Source: Treponema sp. (GTDB taxonomy: Bacteria; Spirochaetota; Spirochaetia; Treponematales; Treponemataceae). From it: 64,000 bases of DNA. Shown here in pieces: positions 58,216 through 64,000 of the stretch (positions are counted from its first letter, which is position 1; the number at the start of each line of letters is the position of its first letter). The position numbers and the translations under genes were made by a program. The stretch is from assembly GCA_017616165.1 (NCBI GenBank), contig JAFZYR010000027.1, positions 11,520-75,519 on the forward strand, written 5' to 3'. The notes beneath the pieces were generated by a model. The model was not told the DNA's origin, did not search any database, and worked only from the letters and a program-made list of their open reading frames with translations.

Positions 58216-61200
58216 TTACTCGTCCGCTATTGGAAGGTCAAATTCTATACGCTTACGAGTAAGCTCTTCATTGATTTTTATTGTATAGTCTATGAGAGTC
58301 TCACGCGGGTCTTCATGTTCATTTGCTACCCTGCGGACAGCATTTACTACATGGCGTGGTGTAAAGTAACTTCCAGGTACCTCAGGAACACCAATAGTCT
58401 GATCAAGAGACTTTTCAAGAACATCAATCTGCTCTGAATTCCATGAAAGCTGTTTAAGGGCTTCTACGTTGGCAGTTGCATAACGGGCAGAAGCACCAAG
58501 CAGGGCTTCCATTTCGCGTCCGTAGCGAACCTGAGCTTCGGTAGATACCCACCATTTCATGAATTCCCAGGCATCGTGCTGAATCTGTTCATTCTTCATA
58601 ATCTTTTGCAGGGTCTTCTGGTCTACACCAGGAATAGAACCCTCTTCTATAGTCTTTCCGCTGAAGGTTGAATAGGTAAGATTTGGAATGCTTGAAAGAT
58701 CCAGGTCGTCAAGGTTCATGCCATTTTTAATCATCATGGTACATACACCACCGGCAGCATTTGAACGGTCAATTTCGCCGTTTTCTTTTACTGTACCAGG
58801 AATGTAGGTAAAATCCCAAAGATTTCGGATTTCCGGAGCACCAACAACGATTGTATTATAGGTAGTATAGTTTGCAATACCAACTGGCATTTCACCTGTA
58901 CGGAAACGGCTCATCAAGTCATAAATGAGCGGCAAACCATAGTTATTATAGAAGCTTGTATAGGTCTTAAAGGCTTCAATTCCAGGCTCAGAATCTACCA
59001 GTGATTTATCTCCGTTATCTGTATAAATCTGTCCACCAGCCTGATATATCATTGAGTAAAGAACACTCATATCAACTGCACCGCCCTGAATTACGTTAGG
59101 ATACGGTACACCAACTGTAAGGTTGTTTGACTGCAAGGTTGGCAGCATGTTGATAAAGTCTTCCCAGGTCTGTGGAGGTTCAATATCAAGCTGTGCAAGA
59201 ATATCCTTGCGGTAGAAAAGCAGGTTAAAGGTTTCCTGTTCCGGCAGGGCGTAAAGACCACCGTTGTACTCATAAGGAATATAGGCACTTTCTTTAAACC
59301 ATGAAAGAACTTCTTCGCAGTCATCAAAACGCATGAGGTTTACGTTGGCATTACGCAAAGCATAGTCTACAGGCTGTGAGTTATAAGTAGAAACAACAAC
59401 ATCTGGTCCATTACCTGCAATTACGGCAGTAAGCAGTGCGTTAGGGTTGATAAGCTTAACGTTTACCTTAATTCCGGTCTGTGGAGTAAAGGTATCATCA
59501 ATCATATTTTTAAGAACCTGGCTCTGGTCACGACCAGTTACAATCCAAACTTCAATCAGGTGGTCGGCATCCTTGTCATAAACGCTACCAAGAGAGGCAG
59601 AGTCATAAATAAAGGAATTGATAAAGGAAACAAATTCGTGCTTTGCATCCTTAAAGAAGTTAGACTTATCGGCTTTGATTTTGTCGTTTGCACCCTGAAT
59701 TACGATATAGTCAATATCAAACTTGGTTTCTATGAGCGAAAGCATGGAAGAAGCAAAGTTTGTTGTATTATCCTTAAAGTTCTGGAAGTTCTTGGAAATA
59801 CGGTCCGGATGCTTATAGAATTTTGCAAGCTGTTCGGCAAGAGTTTCGGCAGGAGCAATAAGGTTAGACTTTTGTCCTGTAATTCTAATAAAGTCATCAA
59901 TAAGCTTGTAAAGACGACGGCTTTCAAGCTGCATTGCTTCTACTTCATCAGGGAATACCTTTTTAAGCTCGTAGTCGCGGTCTGCATCTGGTGTAGAACC
60001 GGTAAGTACAAGAATAGTACGGTAAATAAGGTTCAGACGGTAGATAGAATCTTCCATCTGACTGATGATTGGTCCAATCTCGCCAAGAGTTGCTTCCAGA
60101 CGGATTGTATGCTTACCCTTTGAAAGGTAGAATTTATATGGCTCATCAGCATCATCTGTAAGAGTCTTATACTGCCAGTCCTTATTATATTTAAAGCCTA
60201 CAGTCTTAAGCTCTTCGATTGGTATTTCTCCGTCAATATAAACCGAGCGGTAAGAAACATAACCGCGCTGATACAGCTGACGTCCCTTGAGGGAAATTGT
60301 ATACCAGCCGTTTTCAGGAACTTCAAATTCCCATTCAATCCACTGGCCCGGAGCCTTCCAGGAGTCACCACCGATATAGTTTAATATGGTAGTTGTTGTA
60401 CTGTATGGCTCTGTGATGGCAGAAGAACGGTCATAACGTGCAAAAAGTGAAGGATCTGAACGAACAGTAGAGTCTTCTCCCTGAACCTTTATAAAAATAT
60501 CCTTTGAAGTGAATGACTCCGGCTTTGAAGGCTGCTTTGTCAGATACTGTTCATAATTTACATAGGTTTTTACAGGAACCAGATTAATTGCACTGATTAC
60601 AACAGGCTCACTTATAGCCTTGAGCGCAATAGTATTTAATCCCTTGTTAAAATAGAACTTATACGGGTCAATTTCATAACCAAGATCGCTTTTAAAGCTT
60701 ACAGTCTGATAGTAAAAAACCTCGGCCTGAGTTGGTCTGATCTGGTTTCCACGGTTATCATATTTAATTTCTCCGCCATCCTTCCAAAGACGCGAAAAAG
60801 AAAGAGTGTCGGCACCGGTAAACGGCATTTCGTCATTGATGTAAAGGATTCTTTCTATATCAATATTGCGTGAAGGTGGACAGATATAGTCCATAGAAAT
60901 ATTGTAGAAGCCTGCTTCGGGAACCTCTACATTCCAAAGAATAAAGGAGTGGTCTTCGGTGCGGACCGCATCCCTTCCCTCATAATTCTTAACGATGCTT
61001 ACATCAGTTGATTTATTAACATCGTAGGCAAATACATCAACCGGAACTGTATAATTAGGGGTTGCTGCGTTTGCGTGCATTTCCAGGTACTCGGCATAAG
61101 TAGTACCTGCAGAAACTGCACTCTGCAATGTTGACAAATCATAACCTTCGTAATATTCGCTAAGCTGCTTTTCGGGAATCAACCTGATACATACGAAAAA

Positions 61201-61266
61201 CACAATTATTGCAGTAATGGCAATAATTGAATTCCGTAAGGTTTTGTTAAGTTTGAATTTTGCCAT
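58216..61266 (-). CDS. Very large solute-binding protein with N-terminal CBM-like domains
   Basis: N-terminal TM helix; two beta-sandwich segments (VEVPEAGFYNI, FEVPENGWYTI); C-terminal SBP (LFYRKDIL, PPQTWED, AWEFMKWW). Confidence 0.8.
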   Translation of the reverse strand: MAKFKLNKTLRNSIIAITAIIVFFVCIRLIPEKQLSEYYEGYDLSTLQSAVSAGTTYAEYLEMHANAATPNYTVPVDVFAYDVNKSTDVSIVKNYEGRDAVRTEDHSFILWNVEVPEAGFYNISMDYICPPSRNIDIERILYINDEMPFTGADTLSFSRLWKDGGEIKYDNRGNQIRPTQAEVFYYQTVSFKSDLGYEIDPYKFYFNKGLNTIALKAISEPVVISAINLVPVKTYVNYEQYLTKQPSKPESFTSKDIFIKVQGEDSTVRSDPSLFARYDRSSAITEPYSTTTTILNYIGGDSWKAPGQWIEWEFEVPENGWYTISLKGRQLYQRGYVSYRSVYIDGEIPIEELKTVGFKYNKDWQYKTLTDDADEPYKFYLSKGKHTIRLEATLGEIGPIISQMEDSIYRLNLIYRTILVLTGSTPDADRDYELKKVFPDEVEAMQLESRRLYKLIDDFIRITGQKSNLIAPAETLAEQLAKFYKHPDRISKNFQNFKDNTTNFASSMLSLIETKFDIDYIVIQGANDKIKADKSNFFKDAKHEFVSFINSFIYDSASLGSVYDKDADHLIEVWIVTGRDQSQVLKNMIDDTFTPQTGIKVNVKLINPNALLTAVIAGNGPDVVVSTYNSQPVDYALRNANVNLMRFDDCEEVLSWFKESAYIPYEYNGGLYALPEQETFNLLFYRKDILAQLDIEPPQTWEDFINMLPTLQSNNLTVGVPYPNVIQGGAVDMSVLYSMIYQAGGQIYTDNGDKSLVDSEPGIEAFKTYTSFYNNYGLPLIYDLMSRFRTGEMPVGIANYTTYNTIVVGAPEIRNLWDFTYIPGTVKENGEIDRSNAAGGVCTMMIKNGMNLDDLDLSSIPNLTYSTFSGKTIEEGSIPGVDQKTLQKIMKNEQIQHDAWEFMKWWVSTEAQVRYGREMEALLGASARYATANVEALKQLSWNSEQIDVLEKSLDQTIGVPEVPGSYFTPRHVVNAVRRVANEHEDPRETLIDYTIKINEELTRKRIEFDLPIADE

Positions 61267-61326
61267 AATAGACAATAATAACATACAATTATAAAATTTC
61301 ATAGGGGAAAAACACTATGTTTTTAT

Positions 61327-61364
61327 AAAAAAAAAGCGCTTCGCAGAGTGGAAGCGCTTTTTTT
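61327..61364. terminator. Bidirectional-type terminator hairpin after pspC
   Basis: A-tract-GCGCTTC-GCAGAGTG-GAAGCGC-T-tract. Confidence 0.8.
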
Positions 61365-61391
61365 ATCTAATAAGGGTGTTTTTTTCCTATG

Positions 61392-61745
61392 CTATTTTTT
61401 AAAGTAAGCGTCAAAGTCTTCGTCTGAGTGTGGCACGTCAGAACCTTCTTTTTTTGGTTCGCCGGTGGTGGACTTTGATTTTTTATCGGATGAGCCCTGT
61501 CCGTCTACGTTGGCACTTTTGAGGTTGTCAACGCTGTCATTGTAAAGGTCTTCGGTATCGGCTGGCGGCATGATAAGTGCTGCAACTATGTAAATTATAA
61601 GACCTGCACCCCATACAAAAGAAAGCACACATACAATAAGGCGCATTACAGTCGGATCAAGACCGATATATTCTGCAAGACCTCCGCAAACTCCACAAAA
61701 TACCTTGTTATTTGATTTTTTAAGCTTTTTAGTCATAATATTCAT
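61392..61745 (-). CDS. PspC-domain protein
   Basis: KVFCGVCGGLAEYIGLDPTVMR, YIVAALIMP. Confidence 0.9.
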   Translation of the reverse strand: MNIMTKKLKKSNNKVFCGVCGGLAEYIGLDPTVMRLIVCVLSFVWGAGLIIYIVAALIMPPADTEDLYNDSVDNLKSANVDGQGSSDKKSKSTTGEPKKEGSDVPHSDEDFDAYFKK

Positions 61746-61763
61746 CTCCCTTGTTTTGATGAC

Positions 61764-62696
61764 TTAATTCATCTTAATATTTACGCTGCCCATGCCGCAG
61801 TTTACGGAAAAATGATTTTCCTTGCGGGTGTTTGCATAAACCTGACATACGCCGCTGCGCTTTTCGTTGTTGAACTTAAAGTCGCCAAGGCCAACCTTTG
61901 CATCATAAGAGTAATCGTTTTCGTTGCCGCTAAGCTCCAGCTTGATTGCTCCCATGCCGCAGTCAATATTGCTCGTTCCCTTTATGGCACCTTCTATATG
62001 AAGGTTTCCCATTCCGCAGCGAAGATCAAGATTTGCTGCATCCAGCTTTTTGAGCACAAAGTTACCGGCTCCTACTTCAATCTTGCCCTTTTCAAAGCTT
62101 ACTGAAATATCCTTTGCAACAAAGTTACCGGCCCCGATTGCAGCCCTAAAGGTATTGAGCTTTGCATCCTCTGGAATTGAAATAAGAATTCTTGGAACAA
62201 TGCGGCTCGGACGGTCATGATTAAAGAAATTTAAGCCCGAAAGCTTGTTCAGATTCTTTACAACCAGTGTTTTTGCTCCGTCTACACGGCAAAGCAGATT
62301 CTGTTTTGAAATACCGCGGGTTTCTACGCTGAATTTCTTACCCTGAATGAGCACAACCTCTGCAGCACCAAAGCTGAATTCTATGCCCTTTACATCTGTG
62401 TTTTTAAACTCATAGTAAAGTGCTTCGTAGCGTCCGCCGGAAGTAGAATCGCTACCTGCAGATTCAGATTTATCGTCTCCAGCCTTTTCGTTTTTTACAA
62501 GCGAGTTAGAGCATTTTTCACGGATAAGAGCAGCAACCTCTTCTGGTGTGCCAAGCTCTTCCATAACCTTTTCGTCATCATTTGCATCATCAAAATAATC
62601 AGAGTAATATTGAAGAGCTTCGTTCTGCTCATCAATTGTAAGTGACTGAATATTGTTTTTTAATGCAGTCAGATATTCATCTCTAGTCATATTCAA
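61764..62696 (-). CDS. DUF1700 (HAAS) + DUF4097 beta-strand-repeat protein
   Basis: YL..L...EALQYYSDYFDD...ELGTPEEVA; repeated GAG/GMG units. Confidence 0.75.
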   Translation of the reverse strand: MNMTRDEYLTALKNNIQSLTIDEQNEALQYYSDYFDDANDDEKVMEELGTPEEVAALIREKCSNSLVKNEKAGDDKSESAGSDSTSGGRYEALYYEFKNTDVKGIEFSFGAAEVVLIQGKKFSVETRGISKQNLLCRVDGAKTLVVKNLNKLSGLNFFNHDRPSRIVPRILISIPEDAKLNTFRAAIGAGNFVAKDISVSFEKGKIEVGAGNFVLKKLDAANLDLRCGMGNLHIEGAIKGTSNIDCGMGAIKLELSGNENDYSYDAKVGLGDFKFNNEKRSGVCQVYANTRKENHFSVNCGMGSVNIKMN

Positions 62697-62730
62697 ATCC
62701 CCCTGTATAAGGTCGCTTTTGGCCGGTGTA

Positions 62731-63051
62731 TTATTCCTGACCTAAAAGGATTTTATCTATACCACTCTTATAAGATAACCACTCCGAGCGGTATTTATCA
62801 AGTAAAATCATTCCATTGGAAGTAATCTTGTAGTACCGTCTGTTCCTTCCCTGAAATTCCATGTCGTAGGTTTCCAAAAGTCCGTCCTTCTGAAGTCTGC
62901 GCAAAACCGGATAGAGCGTGCTTTCGGAAACGTCCATTACCTGCCGGACATCCTGCGTGATTTTATAGCCGTAGGTTCCTTCCATACTTACTACGGAAAG
63001 AACAACGGCATCCAGCAGTGCAGAACCAGCTGTGAATGTCATCAGTGCCAA
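62731..63051 (-). CDS. PadR-family transcriptional regulator (start TTG 63051 or ATG 63042)
   Basis: TYGYKI, ESTLYPVLRRL, GRNRRYYKIT. Confidence 0.92.
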   Translation of the reverse strand: MALMTFTAGSALLDAVVLSVVSMEGTYGYKITQDVRQVMDVSESTLYPVLRRLQKDGLLETYDMEFQGRNRRYYKITSNGMILLDKYRSEWLSYKSGIDKILLGQE

Positions 63052-63073
63052 TTCCTCCTGTGCAAGTGTTCTT

Positions 63074-63109
63074 ATATATAATATTATACAATATATAATA
63101 TTATGTCAA
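63074..63109 (-). promoter_or_regulatory. padR promoter with two 14-bp direct repeats
   Basis: TTGACA-17-TAATAT; ATATATAATATTAT at 63074 and 63091. Confidence 0.6.
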
Positions 63110-63207
63110 GAAAAATATTATAAAAACAAAAAAAAGTTTTATGTGGTTTTTTGTAACATCAGTTTCCCCTATTCCATATTCTGCTTAAATAATTTAATAT
63201 TATATAT

Positions 63208-63900
63208 ATGAATATTTACACATGGATTTTTGCAGGTTTACTGGGTGTAAACCTTATCTTATATATTGTTGGGATGGCACAGAGGCTTGGGGCGCTGGAA
63301 AAGGTGGCGCGGGTACTGTTTGTGCCGTTTGTTGTGGGAATCATTCATTCAATTCTTGCAGTTCACCTGCCGGATTCTTATCACATTCTTTTTATTTCTT
63401 CCTTTGCTTTTCTGGCTGCTGCTGCTTTTATGCTGCTTACACTTGGAGACAAAAACAAGTTTATTAAACTTCTGGAAGAATCCTTTCATGCGCTTACACA
63501 GATAATCTGGCTTTTGCTCATTGTTTCTGTTTACAGGATTTACAGAGTTCCGCAGTGGATTTTTATTATTTCGGGGGCAGTTTATTTTGCCGGCTTTGTG
63601 GTAATCTGCATTTTTATAAAAAAGCAGAGCTTTGCCAGATATTTTTCGGCAATCCTTATGTATGCTTTTTCTACTGCGTTTGGAATAACTACACTTATAA
63701 GCCTTATTTACGAAAAACGACTTTTTGGCGTAATGATGTTCATAGGTTCTCTGGTTTACATGTTTGGAACAGTGTTAATAATTTTCCAGAGAAACAGACC
63801 CTTTGCCATAAGTGAGAAAGTTGAAAAGCTTCTGGTTACGATTACAACGGTATGCGCAACAGCACTTATGGGCACCGGCGCAATTTTAATGCAGATTTAG
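63208..63900 (+). CDS. Multi-pass membrane protein of unknown function
   Basis: 230 aa, 7-8 hydrophobic segments. Confidence 0.7.
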   Translation: MNIYTWIFAGLLGVNLILYIVGMAQRLGALEKVARVLFVPFVVGIIHSILAVHLPDSYHILFISSFAFLAAAAFMLLTLGDKNKFIKLLEESFHALTQIIWLLLIVSVYRIYRVPQWIFIISGAVYFAGFVVICIFIKKQSFARYFSAILMYAFSTAFGITTLISLIYEKRLFGVMMFIGSLVYMFGTVLIIFQRNRPFAISEKVEKLLVTITTVCATALMGTGAILMQI

Positions 63901-64000
63901 AATAAATCTTCCCAGCTGTAAAGAGCGCCCTTGTTAAGACGACCTGTTTTAATAGCGCTGTCCAGTTTTTCAAGACAGTTTACTGCACCTACTGCAAAGC
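63897..64000 (-). CDS. 3' end of a gene, probably dihydrodipicolinate reductase DapB (partial)
   Basis: Reads FAVGAVNCLEKL...GALYSWEDLF*, resembling the DapB C-terminus. Confidence 0.5.
   Translation of the reverse strand, partial: FAVGAVNCLEKLDSAIKTGRLNKGALYSWEDLF

Overview
Core-chromosome segment of a spirochaete, most likely a gut or rumen Treponema. This is inferred from gene order such as capD-degT-xdh-like, rpsP-khpA-rimM-trmD-rplS and cyclase+FecR. It carries housekeeping genes (queA, ruvB, ackA, pepT, murA, recX, rpsI/rplM, earP-efp, argH), a Fur/Zur-controlled metal ABC operon, a mannan-type catabolic trio (CE2-like esterase, GH130, GH36) and a nine-gene carbohydrate ABC cluster. 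The most striking unexplained structure is a dense population of short palindromic REP-like repeats in three sequence families, about 25 copies. They occur between genes and also in frame inside conserved proteins (QueA, PepT, an OLD-family nuclease, and three times in EarP). They also supply the RecX C-terminus and some stop codons, and they nest in and locally duplicate each other. This resembles the Rickettsia palindromic element phenomenon, here in a spirochaete. No transposase, rRNA, tRNA or CRISPR array was recognised. Many genes appear to be leaderless.
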